From the NCBI GenBank assembly GCA_963842945.1, contig CAWJIM010000021.1, forward strand, positions 224,001 to 288,000: 64,000 nt of DNA, read 5' to 3'. The notes under the pieces were generated by a model, which was not told where the DNA came from, made no database searches, and worked only from the letters and a program-made list of their open reading frames with translations. Each line of letters opens with the position of its first letter. The first letter of the stretch is position 1. The position numbers were made by a program, and so were the translations under genes. The stretch is from an uncultured Gemmatimonadales bacterium. GTDB lineage: Bacteria; Gemmatimonadota; Gemmatimonadetes; Gemmatimonadales; GWC2-71-9. This document shows positions 10,022 to 18,934 of the stretch, piece by piece.

Positions 10022-10065
10022 TCCCCGCCTCGTGACTCGCGACTCGTGACTCGTGACTCCCGACT
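9937..10065. repeat. Inverted pair of heptamer tandem arrays (AGTCACG / CGTGACT)
   Basis: AGTTACC AGTCACG AGACACG AGTCCCG AGCCGCG (9937-9971) and CGTGACT CGCGACT CGTGACT CGTGACT CCCGACT (10031-10065), at the convergent cyclase/maf junction. Confidence 0.8.
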
Positions 10066-10636
10066 ACCTCCCAAACCTGTACTCTCGACCCGCCTCCCGC
10101 ATCAGGTTCAACACCAGCCGTACCGGCAGGCCCATCACACTGAAGAAGTCTCCCTCGATCCGCTCCACCAGCGCCGCCCCGTAGCCCTGAATCCCGTACG
10201 CTCCGGCTTTGTCCATCGGCTCGCCGGTAGCCACATAGGCCCCGAGAAACTCGTCGTCCACCCGCCGGAAGGTCACGTTGGTGACATCGGTGGCCTGGTG
10301 CACTGTTTCATCGGCGACCAGCGCGACCGAAGTAACCACCTGATGGGTCCGGCCCTGCAGCTGCTGCAACATGCGCAGAGCTTCCGCCCTATCGGAGGGC
10401 TTCTCCAGCACGGCGTCCCGGACCACCACCGTGGTATCGGCGCCGAGCACCAGGTCACCCGGTACGCTCAGCGCCTTCTCTCGCGCCAACCGCTCCACAT
10501 AATCCACCGGAGTCTCGAACTCCCGGCGCACTTCCGGAATGTTCGGGGGAACCACCCGAACCGGGATGCCCAGCATTTCCAACAGCTGCCTGCGGCGGGG
10601 AGAAGAGGAGGCCAGCGTCAACTCGGCAACTGTCAT
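10064..10636 (-). CDS. maf: Maf-family nucleoside triphosphate pyrophosphatase (YhdE type)
   Basis: LASSSPRRRQLL, GADTTV, LEKP, GEPMDKAGAYGIQG, VMGLP. Confidence 0.95.
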   Translation of the reverse strand: MTVAELTLASSSPRRRQLLEMLGIPVRVVPPNIPEVRREFETPVDYVERLAREKALSVPGDLVLGADTTVVVRDAVLEKPSDRAEALRMLQQLQGRTHQVVTSVALVADETVHQATDVTNVTFRRVDDEFLGAYVATGEPMDKAGAYGIQGYGAALVERIEGDFFSVMGLPVRLVLNLMREAGREYRFGR

Positions 10637-11076
10637 GGATTGCGGTCCAGAATGAGGGTGACCGGGCCGTCGTTGTGGATCTCTACCTGCATGTCCGCAC
10701 CGAACTCTCCAGCGGCGACCTGCAGTCCTCTTCCCCGGAGCAGATCGAGGAAGCGCTCATAGAGCGGCACCGCAACTTCGGGACGGGCAGCCGCTATGAA
10801 CGAAGGCCGCCGGCCCTTCACCGAGTCGCCGTACAGAGTGAACTGGGATACCACCAGCACAGCTCCGCCCACTTCCTCAAGCCCAAGATTCATCTTGTCC
10901 TCGCTATCACTGAATAATCGGAGGCTGGAGATCTTCTCGGCCATCCAATCTACTTGCGCCGGGGTGTCGCCATGGGTGAACCCTACCAGCACACAAAATC
11001 CCCGTCCGATCGAGCCAGCCACCCGATCATGAATCCGGACCGTCGCCTGGGAAACGCGTTGAAGGACTACTCGCAT
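10633..11076 (-). CDS. dtd: D-aminoacyl-tRNA deacylase
   Basis: MRVVLQRV, VSQFTLYGD, KGRRPSF, NDGPVT. Confidence 0.97.
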   Translation of the reverse strand: MRVVLQRVSQATVRIHDRVAGSIGRGFCVLVGFTHGDTPAQVDWMAEKISSLRLFSDSEDKMNLGLEEVGGAVLVVSQFTLYGDSVKGRRPSFIAAARPEVAVPLYERFLDLLRGRGLQVAAGEFGADMQVEIHNDGPVTLILDRNP

Positions 11077-11163
11077 AGCCGGGGATCATACCCGGATGCG
11101 GTGGCGAGTCTAGAGTCGCCGGCAGAGTCGCTGCTTCGCGCTGCAAGCGGTTAGACTCCGGTA

Positions 11164-11982
11164 ATGACCTCCACCGAAATCGCTCCCGCTCCCCGGCGGC
11201 CCGAGCCACTCACCTGGCCTGACGATAGACTGACGGTCGGGTGGCTGGGACATGCCACCGTGCTCCTGAACTTTCACGGCTCCTGGCTGCTCACCGATCC
11301 CGCGCTGGAGCGGCGAATCGGCATTGGGCGTGGACTGGCGAAACTGGGCCCCCGGCGCCTGGTGCAGCCCGCGCTCCGGCCTCGGGAGCTGCCCCGGCTG
11401 GACGCAGTCCTGCTGTCCCATGCCCACATGGATCACACCGATATCGGGACGCTCCGGCACCTGCCGCGCGATGTCCCGGTCGTGGTGCAGCAGGGCAATG
11501 GAGACCTGGTTCGGCGGTTCCGGACCGTGCAGGAACTTGCGTGGGGAGAGTCAACCGAGCTGGGGAGAGTGCGGATCGAATCCACCCAGGCGCGCCATTG
11601 GGGCGCCCGCATGATCACCGACAAGCATCGCGGCTATGGAGGGTACCTGATTCAGAAGGATGGTCTGACCGTCCTCTTTGCCGGGGACACCGCGTACACC
11701 GACGTGCTCACCCCGCTGGGGCGCCGAACCAGGATTGACCTGGCCATCCTGCCCATCGGCGCTTACGACCCCTGGATCCACAATCACGCCTCGCCCGAGC
11801 AGGCCTGGACCATGTTCCGCCGGCTGGGCGCCACCCACGTTCTGCCGGTTCATCACTCGACCTTTCGTTTGAGCCGGGAGCCGTTGTCGGAGCCAATCGA
11901 GCGATTTCTGGCCGCGGCCGGACCCGAGCGCTGGCGGGTGGTGGGAACCGAGGTGGGAGCCACCTGGAGCATGGACGATTGA
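11164..11982 (+). CDS. MBL-fold metallo-hydrolase (NAPE-PLD/RomA-like)
   Basis: WLGHAT, LTDP, SHAHMDH (HxHxDH), ARHWGAR, FAGDT, LPIGAY, PVHHSTF. Confidence 0.9.
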   Translation: MTSTEIAPAPRRPEPLTWPDDRLTVGWLGHATVLLNFHGSWLLTDPALERRIGIGRGLAKLGPRRLVQPALRPRELPRLDAVLLSHAHMDHTDIGTLRHLPRDVPVVVQQGNGDLVRRFRTVQELAWGESTELGRVRIESTQARHWGARMITDKHRGYGGYLIQKDGLTVLFAGDTAYTDVLTPLGRRTRIDLAILPIGAYDPWIHNHASPEQAWTMFRRLGATHVLPVHHSTFRLSREPLSEPIERFLAAAGPERWRVVGTEVGATWSMDD

Positions 11983-12149
11983 GCGGACTCGGCCGATCTG
12001 TTGCTCGGATGCCGCGGGCCAATACCACAAACGGCAGGAGGCGCTCCACAGAATAGTCCGCTCCCACTTCCGTCAGATGGCTCCTCCGCTGGCCTTCCTC
12101 TTGCACCCTCTGTTTCTGCCCTATCAGTCCTCCCCCCCAGAGGCCCTGC

Positions 12150-14123
12150 ATGCGTCCGCGCTGGTTGCTTCTCGTCTGCGCCTCCTGGCTGGCGTCTGCG
12201 CCGGCCTGGGCACAGGCCCCCATAATTACGCCTTCGGGCGACCCTTCGATCCGGAACGACACCCTTTATAGGCTGGCGGTCGATTCCCGGAATTATCCCG
12301 GCGAGAGCGCGGTGCTCCTCCTGGACGACGGCGTCATCCGGTATGAGGCTGACGGTACCGGTACCGAGACCTACCGGCAGGTGACCCAGATCCTCACGCC
12401 CGACGCGATCGAGGAGTATGCCGAACACGAGTTTTCGTATGCACCGGGGCACCAGCGACTCACTGTCAACTGGATTCGAGTGGTCCGTCCCGATGGTACG
12501 GTGCTGAGTGAAGCGCCCAGCCAGGCTCAGGACGCCGACATTCCGGCGAGCCTGACCGACCCGGTGTACACCGACACCAAGGTTCGCCGGTACTCCCTGA
12601 GCGGAGTGGCTCCCGGCACCCTGGTCGACTGGAGCTACACGGTCGAGGAGATCAAACCATTCCTTCCGGGAGATTTCTTCGCAACCTGGAGCATCCATAC
12701 CGATGCGTTTACCCGCCGTTCGCGGTTTATTGTCGATCTCCCGGCTTCGGTCCAGCCTCACCTGGTCGAGCGCAATATCCGGTTCCGGCCCCGTGAGACC
12801 GCGGCCCGGGGCCGGCATTCGTATCTCTGGACCGCCCACGACGTTCAACCGGTTTCGCCCGAAGAGTTCATGGCCGACTCGAACGGCGTACTGATGACGA
12901 TCGGGCTCTCTGGCCCGATTACCTGGGAGACCATCGGCAGCTGGTATTCCGGGCTGTCCCGCGACCGGTATGCTGTCAACCACAGCTTACGGGAAAAGCT
13001 ACGCAGCCTGCTCAAAGAAGCCCCGACCCCCGACGATACGCTGCGGGCACTGCAACGCTGGGTGGCCCAGGATATCAGGTACGTCTCCATTGCCCTGGGT
13101 CTTGGCGGCTATCAGCCACGGATGCCGGCCGAGGTCCTGGCCACCGGCTATGGGGACTGCAAGGACAAGACAACTCTGTTCGTCGCTGCAGCCCGGGCAC
13201 TCGGCTTTCGGGCGTACCCGGTTCTCCTCAACAGCGGTGGTTGGGTTGATCGGGCACTGCCATCGCTCAGTCAGTTCAATCATGCCATTGCCATGGTCGA
13301 GCGATCTGAGGGGCGGGTATACCTCGACCTCACCGCCGAGCTGGTGCCCTATGGCGAGCTCCCCGAGTCCGACCAGGGGCAATTCGGGTTGATTGTCTAT
13401 CCGGATGGAACCTCGGAGCAGGTCACGCTTCCGGAGTCTGCACCCAGCGCCAACCTGAACCAGACCAGGATCGCGGGCTCGCTATCGGCCGAGGGATACA
13501 TCACGGCAATGTACGAGGAGCGAGGCCTTGGCAGCCGCCAGTACAGCCTGAGGAGCTTGTTCCTGGCCCCGGCGGACTCGAGTCATCGAGCCGAGTTTGC
13601 CCGCGCTATTGCCACCAACCTCTACCCCGGCGCTGAAGCTGACAGTCTGGTGGTCTTCGAGGGACGAGACCTGGCAGCGGATCCGCGGGTAGCGCTCCGT
13701 ATCGTCCGGGGCCTGGCCGCGCGGACGACCGGAAATAACCAGACCCTGATTCTGAGCCTCCCGTTGACCAGCATGCGCGGCATGGCCGACGCTGCCGCCG
13801 CTCTCGAGTCGAGGGGCCCGAGACGATTCCCCATCGATGCGGCAAAGATTATTGGACCGATGGCCACCTTCACTGATATCACCCTTACTCTGCCGCCGGG
13901 ATGGCGAGCCGAGCTGCCCCGGGATGTAGCGGCGAAAGGCAAATGGGGGACGTATACAGCCCGCTACGATCAGCAGGGCGCCACGCTGCACGTTGTCCGC
14001 AGTCTCGAAGGCGCCCGAGGCATCTACCCACCAGGGGATCTTCCCGACCTGACCGGCTGGCTTCGCGCAGTGGCCCAGGACGATGTGGCGTATCTCGTGA
14101 TCGAGCGAAACGCCACGCCCTGA
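12150..14123 (+). CDS. Exported DUF3857/transglutaminase-like domain protein
   Basis: Signal peptide ending AWA-Q; IRYVSIALG, GYGDCKDK, FNHAI, YLDLT give the Cys-His-Asp triad. Confidence 0.85.
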   Translation: MRPRWLLLVCASWLASAPAWAQAPIITPSGDPSIRNDTLYRLAVDSRNYPGESAVLLLDDGVIRYEADGTGTETYRQVTQILTPDAIEEYAEHEFSYAPGHQRLTVNWIRVVRPDGTVLSEAPSQAQDADIPASLTDPVYTDTKVRRYSLSGVAPGTLVDWSYTVEEIKPFLPGDFFATWSIHTDAFTRRSRFIVDLPASVQPHLVERNIRFRPRETAARGRHSYLWTAHDVQPVSPEEFMADSNGVLMTIGLSGPITWETIGSWYSGLSRDRYAVNHSLREKLRSLLKEAPTPDDTLRALQRWVAQDIRYVSIALGLGGYQPRMPAEVLATGYGDCKDKTTLFVAAARALGFRAYPVLLNSGGWVDRALPSLSQFNHAIAMVERSEGRVYLDLTAELVPYGELPESDQGQFGLIVYPDGTSEQVTLPESAPSANLNQTRIAGSLSAEGYITAMYEERGLGSRQYSLRSLFLAPADSSHRAEFARAIATNLYPGAEADSLVVFEGRDLAADPRVALRIVRGLAARTTGNNQTLILSLPLTSMRGMADAAAALESRGPRRFPIDAAKIIGPMATFTDITLTLPPGWRAELPRDVAAKGKWGTYTARYDQQGATLHVVRSLEGARGIYPPGDLPDLTGWLRAVAQDDVAYLVIERNATP

Positions 14124-14130
14124 TTGATAC

Positions 14131-14159
14131 CCGAAGCCCCCGACAATCGGGGGCTTCGG
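14131..14159. terminator. Hairpin between convergent genes, probable bidirectional terminator
   Basis: CCGAAGCCCCCGA-caa-TCGGGGGCTTCGG, perfect 13-bp stem; no strong U-tract. Confidence 0.7.
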
Positions 14160-14168
14160 TCATTCGGC

Positions 14169-15078
14169 TCAGCTGGCTTCAGCGTAGACAAAGCGCTCCA
14201 GAGAGACGGTGTGCTGGTTTGAGTCCGCCTGAGTCCGGATGCAGTACTGGGTGGGATAGTATCCCGACTTGCGATAGGCGGCGGGCTGCCGGATCTCGAA
14301 GCAGGCGTCGCTGGTGCGGCGAAGAAAGTCGAAGGTGATCATAGGCTCCCAGAAGATCAGCTCGCCATCGAAGGCCCCGTAGATGAACGTCCGGGTGAAT
14401 GGGGTGGACGGCTCAATCAGCTCGGGCGACCGCGAGTCGAGCAGGTGATTTCCCATCCTCGGCACCACGATTCCGACGTCGACATGCCCCTCCGGCACAT
14501 AGCGGGCTGGAATCGGCTTCCTGCCGCGCTCGAAGTCACCACAATCCACGAACTCCCCGCAGCGTCCCGGAGCTATCGCTTCGATCCGGTCCCGGTCCCA
14601 GGCAAAGAAGTGAAAATCGAAGTGGGGCCGGGCATAAATCGGCGGAGCCGGCGCCTCTCCCGGCTTGGGGGGAGGGGGATGATGTCCCTCGGCGTTCCAG
14701 TTGACGCTGATCCACTTGAAGGGAAGTTGAGCCCGGGCGACGATCTCGGTTGGCAGCTGGAGGATTCGTTCCTCATCGCCCACGCACTCGGAAGCGGCGA
14801 TGCTGGCATCGCCATTCAGATCGAAGCAACGGCTGCGGTGGTTCTTGTGGATCGGTAGCTGCTCCAGCGCTCCTCGGGTGAGCATGAACGCCGACGGCCA
14901 CGGGAGCGCCGGCGGGGGTCAGGACGACATAGCTCTCGACCCGGCCTTTGCCGATGGCTGCTGCGCTGCCGCTGTAGGTCCGGGAGTGCTCGGGAGCCCG
15001 CGATGCTAGCAGCCCAACCAGGCCGGCTGCGACAATCAGGGAAGTCAGGGCTCGGCGGCTCGGCGTCAGGACCGGCAT
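14169..15078 (-). CDS. Exported His-rich protein, DUF5602/TTHB210-like (1 frameshift near 14885)
   Basis: Signal peptide and GKGRVESYV in ORF 14773..15078 join WNAEGHHPP, PHFDFHFF, VPRMGNH, TFIYGAFDGELIFWEPMIT in ORF 14169..14885. AGGAGG RBS upstream. Confidence 0.7.
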
Positions 15079-15095
15079 GATACCTCCTTGAAAGG

Positions 15096-15115
15096 TTATT
15101 CGTTATAACGTCTAT
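15096..15115. promoter_or_regulatory. Putative MarR operator, copy 2
   Basis: TTATTCGTTATAACGTCTAT, containing the palindrome CGTTATAACG; similar to the box at 15621-15640. Confidence 0.55.
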
Positions 15116-15128
15116 CGAGCCAAAACAA

Positions 15129-15611
15129 TCAGGGGAATGCCCTGATCCCCGCCCGTACCTCGTCCAGCAGACTGCTGAGCTGCCGCAAGCGATCGGGGCT
15201 CAACCCGGCCATGACGGACTTGGTGTAGCGGTCGGCTGGGTCGTCCAGCCGGGCTAGCAAGGCCAGCCCAGCATCCGTGATCCGAACCAGAACGACCCGG
15301 CGATCCTCCGGATCCTGTTCCCGGCTTACCAGTCCCTGTTTGCTCAAACGGTCTACCAGGCGCGTGACGTCCGGATCCCGGTAGATCATCCGGTCGGCGA
15401 TATCGCTGCTCTTGATCGCCTTGGGGCGCGCTCCCCGCAGAATCCGGAGGATGTTGTACTGGCTGATCGAGATGCCTTCCATCCGCTTGAGATAGGTCTG
15501 CCAGCTTTCCTCGATGGCTCGGCTGGTTCGCATCAGGCCGAGCACCGCCTGTTCGTGGGGCGACCCGATAGGCCTGGTTTGCTTGAGCTCCTGGTCGATC
15601 GTCTTGGGCAT
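15129..15611 (-). CDS. MarR-family transcriptional regulator
   Basis: ISQYNILRILRGA, DVTRLVDRLSKQGLV, DRRVVLVRITDAG winged helix. Confidence 0.93.
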   Translation of the reverse strand: MPKTIDQELKQTRPIGSPHEQAVLGLMRTSRAIEESWQTYLKRMEGISISQYNILRILRGARPKAIKSSDIADRMIYRDPDVTRLVDRLSKQGLVSREQDPEDRRVVLVRITDAGLALLARLDDPADRYTKSVMAGLSPDRLRQLSSLLDEVRAGIRAFP

Positions 15612-15617
15612 GGCTTC

Positions 15618-15646
15618 AGATTATCTGTTGTGAGGACTATTGTCAA
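15618..15646 (-). promoter_or_regulatory. Sigma70 promoter of marR (leaderless) with operator copy 1 over the spacer
   Basis: Minus strand TTGACA-N17-TAATCT, 6 nt before the ATG. Box TTATCTGTTGTGAGGACTAT (15621-15640) covers the spacer and half of the -10. Confidence 0.7.
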
Positions 15647-15690
15647 GAGGGTAAACGTAGGGTAGGCCCGGCGGACTGGAGAACCACGGT

Positions 15691-17520
15691 TTACTCGACA
15701 GTTACCGACTTGGCGAGGTTTCTGGGCTGATCCACGTTGCAGCCCCGGCTGACCGCCACGTAATAGGAGAGCAGCTGGAGGGGGATGCTGGTCAGAATGG
15801 GGGTGAGCAAATCCAGGGTTTCAGGAATGGTGAACGTGGCATCGGCCAACCGCTCGATCTCGGTGTCTCCTCCGTTGATCAGTGCGATCACCTTGCCGCC
15901 CCGCGCCTTCACCTCTTCGATGTTGGACACGATCTTGGAGTGCACCGCGTCCCGGGGAGCGATGAACACCACCGGCATGTTCTCGTCGATGAGCGCAATG
16001 GGTCCGTGCTTCATCTCAGCCGCGGGATACCCCTCGGCGTGGATGTAGGAAATCTCCTTCAGCTTCAAGGCACCTTCCAGCGCAACCGGGAAGTTGACCC
16101 CACGGCCGAGGTAGAGGGCGTTCTTGGTGGTCTTGAGGAAGCGGTCGGCCAGCGCCTCGATCTCGCTGGTCCGTTCCAGAATCTGGGAGACCTGCTCCGG
16201 CAGCTGCTGCAGGGCATGAATGAACTGACGGCCCTGCAAAATACTGAGGTTCCTGAGCCGGGCGATGCGAAGCGTGATCAGGGACAGCGCGGCAACCTGG
16301 CTGGTGAACGCCTTGGTGCTGGCCACACCGATCTCGGGCCCGGCATGAAGGTAAATGCCGCCATCCACTTCTCGGGCTATGGTCGAGCCCACCACGTTGA
16401 CCAGACCGACCGTACGGCCGCCACGCCGCTTGGCCTCCCGAATCGCGGCCAGCGTATCGGCGGTTTCGCCCGACTGGGAAATCCCGATAACCAGGGTCTT
16501 CGGGTCAACCACCGGATTCCGGTAGCGGAATTCCGAGGCGTATTCGACTTCCACCGGAAGGCGAGCCATCTCTTCCAGCATGTACTCGCCAATGATCCCG
16601 GAATGCCAGGAGGTGCCACACGCCGTGATGATGACGCGCTCGAACTGCTTGAGCTCGTCGTCCGTCAGGTTGAGGCCGCTGACGCGCGCGGTGCCCTCGT
16701 CTTCCAACAAGTGACCGCGAAGCGTGTTGCAGATGCTCTCCGGCTGCTCGCAGATCTCCTTCAGCATGAAGTGGGGATAGCCACCCCGCTCCACCGTGGC
16801 GAGGTCCCAATCGATCTGGTTCACCGGCTTGCTGATTCGCGCCGTCTCGAGATTGCGCACCCGGTAGCCGTCGCGGGTGAGCACAACCATTTCCCCGTCG
16901 TCCAGGTAGACCACCGCGCGGGTGTGCTGCAGCAGGGGCGACGCGTCAGATGCGACGAAGAACTCGTTTTCACCGACGCCGACCAGCAGCGGAGAGCCGT
17001 TCCGGGCCGCGACAATGACCCCGGGCTCGTCCGAGGAGATGAAGGCCAGCCCATACGCTCCCTCCACATCGCGCAGCGCGGTGGCCACGGCATCTTCGAG
17101 ATTTCCCTGATAGAACTCGCCCACCAGGTGAGCCAGCACCTCGGTATCGGTGTCCGATTTGAAGGTGTGTCCCCGCTGCTCCAGCGCTTTTCGGATGGCG
17201 CCTGAGTTCTCGATGATCCCGTTGTGGATGACCGCGATGCGGCCAGACTGATCGGTATGGGGATGAGCGTTGGTTGTGGTGGGAGCCCCGTGGGTGGCCC
17301 AGCGGGTGTGTCCAATCCCAATAGTCCCCTGAGGCAGGTCCTGGTTCAGCTCACCTTCCAGCACCGAGAGCTTTCCCGCGGCCTTCATGATCTTCAGCCC
17401 ACGACCGTTCACCACGGCGATCCCGGCGGAGTCGTAGCCGCGGTATTCCAGGCGCCGCAAGCCTTCCAGCAGCAGCCCGGCTGCCTGACGCGGTCCGATG
17501 TAGCCTACAATACCGCACAT
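15691..17520 (-). CDS. glmS: Glutamine--fructose-6-phosphate aminotransferase
   Basis: MCGIVG, LEYRGYDSAG, GHTRWATHG, SQSGETADT, EMKHGP, PRNLAKSVTVE. Confidence 0.99.
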   Translation of the reverse strand: MCGIVGYIGPRQAAGLLLEGLRRLEYRGYDSAGIAVVNGRGLKIMKAAGKLSVLEGELNQDLPQGTIGIGHTRWATHGAPTTTNAHPHTDQSGRIAVIHNGIIENSGAIRKALEQRGHTFKSDTDTEVLAHLVGEFYQGNLEDAVATALRDVEGAYGLAFISSDEPGVIVAARNGSPLLVGVGENEFFVASDASPLLQHTRAVVYLDDGEMVVLTRDGYRVRNLETARISKPVNQIDWDLATVERGGYPHFMLKEICEQPESICNTLRGHLLEDEGTARVSGLNLTDDELKQFERVIITACGTSWHSGIIGEYMLEEMARLPVEVEYASEFRYRNPVVDPKTLVIGISQSGETADTLAAIREAKRRGGRTVGLVNVVGSTIAREVDGGIYLHAGPEIGVASTKAFTSQVAALSLITLRIARLRNLSILQGRQFIHALQQLPEQVSQILERTSEIEALADRFLKTTKNALYLGRGVNFPVALEGALKLKEISYIHAEGYPAAEMKHGPIALIDENMPVVFIAPRDAVHSKIVSNIEEVKARGGKVIALINGGDTEIERLADATFTIPETLDLLTPILTSIPLQLLSYYVAVSRGCNVDQPRNLAKSVTVE

Positions 17521-17531
17521 GGTCGTGAACC

Positions 17532-18923
17532 TCAGTCCAGGAGTTCTCGGCTCGCTGCCACAAGGGCTTCGGCCTCGGCTTTACTCGGTGCTTCAGCGAT
17601 CAGCCGCACAATCGGCTCAGTGCCCGAGGGTCTAACATGCAGCCAACGGTCGGACCAGGCCAACCGAAGCCCATCGCGCTCGTCGGCGGCTGCATCGGAG
17701 AATCGTTGTCGGAGCCGCTGATAGAGAGGAGGCAGATCCGAGCCGCGAGGGGCCTTCGCCTTGACGATGGTGTACCGGGGAGACTCGGCCACGAGTCGGG
17801 ACAGCGTTACCCCAGTCTGGGCAAGAAGATGCAAGATCAAGGCCACCCCTAGCGGCGCATCCCGGCCGATGTGCAGCTGCGGCAACATGACGCCGCCATT
17901 GCCCTCGCCACCGATGAGCGCACCCTCATCTCGTATGGTACGAGCCACGTTCGCTTCCCCTACGGGCGCACGGACAAGGCGGGCGCCACCAGCCCGGGCG
18001 GCGTCCTCCACCACCAGACTGGTCGAGAGGTTCACCACCACCGTGGGGACCGTACCGTCAGTGCGGCGTCGATCCAACACGGCTTTGACCGCGAAGGCGA
18101 GCGTATAGTCCTCCCCGATCGGGGTGCCGGTCTCGTCTACCAGCGCAAGCCGGTCCACGTCGGGATCCACCGCCAGGCCAACGTGCGCCCGAGTGGTTTT
18201 GACCAGCGCGCTGAGCTCGCCCAGGTTTTCAGGTATCGGCTCCGGCGCCCGGGGAAACCGACCGTCCATCTCCAGGTTAATCCCATGGACCCGGCAGGAA
18301 AGCCGCTCGAGCAGCGGGAGAATTGCCGCCGCGCCGGCGCCGCGCACGCAGTCGAGCGCTACCACGAAACGGCGCGCCTGGATGGCTGGCACATCCAGCA
18401 TTGGCAGCGCGAGGATTGCATCGAGGTGCCGTTCAATGGCTCCGGTATCCTCCCGGGCGGTGCCAAGATCACCCCAGCCCGCTCGGGGCGGCCCCCGCTC
18501 GGCGAGCGCGCGCACGGCGTGGCCGGCCTGGGCATCCAGGAAGATCCCATCCGGGCCCACAAACTTCAACGCATTCCACTCGATTGGATTATGGCTGGCG
18601 GTGAGGATCAATCCAGCCGCAGCGTGGTGATGCTCCACGGCCAATTGTACGGTTGGCGTCGGCACGATACCCAGGTCGATCACCTCCACCCCCACCGACA
18701 TCAGCCCGGCTGCGGCAGCTCGAGTAAACATGGCTCCGCTGGTGCGGGCATCCCGGCCCAACACGACGGAGCGTGGGCCCGATGGACGGGCGGAATGGCC
18801 ATTGGCTTGTGAACGGGCCCAGGAACCCAGCGCGGCGGCGTAGCGGGCGACCAGCTCGGGGGTCAGGTCGGTGCCCACGTGTCCCCGAATGCCGGAGACG
18901 CTGATCATCAGAGTGTCGGACAT
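17532..18923 (-). CDS. glmM: Phosphoglucosamine mutase (alpha-D-phosphohexomutase family)
   Basis: SGIRG, TASHNP, DPDVDR, GGEGNGG, RPSGTEP; directly upstream of glmS. Confidence 0.85.
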   Translation of the reverse strand: MSDTLMISVSGIRGHVGTDLTPELVARYAAALGSWARSQANGHSARPSGPRSVVLGRDARTSGAMFTRAAAAGLMSVGVEVIDLGIVPTPTVQLAVEHHHAAAGLILTASHNPIEWNALKFVGPDGIFLDAQAGHAVRALAERGPPRAGWGDLGTAREDTGAIERHLDAILALPMLDVPAIQARRFVVALDCVRGAGAAAILPLLERLSCRVHGINLEMDGRFPRAPEPIPENLGELSALVKTTRAHVGLAVDPDVDRLALVDETGTPIGEDYTLAFAVKAVLDRRRTDGTVPTVVVNLSTSLVVEDAARAGGARLVRAPVGEANVARTIRDEGALIGGEGNGGVMLPQLHIGRDAPLGVALILHLLAQTGVTLSRLVAESPRYTIVKAKAPRGSDLPPLYQRLRQRFSDAAADERDGLRLAWSDRWLHVRPSGTEPIVRLIAEAPSKAEAEALVAASRELLD

Positions 18924-18934
18924 GCGGGCGAGGT

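Noticed and set aside
9937..10065. Repeat arrays as CRISPR
   Set aside because: Units are 7-8 nt and contiguous, with no spacers and no cas genes.
17521..17531. glmS ribozyme
   Set aside because: Only 11 nt separate glmM and glmS.
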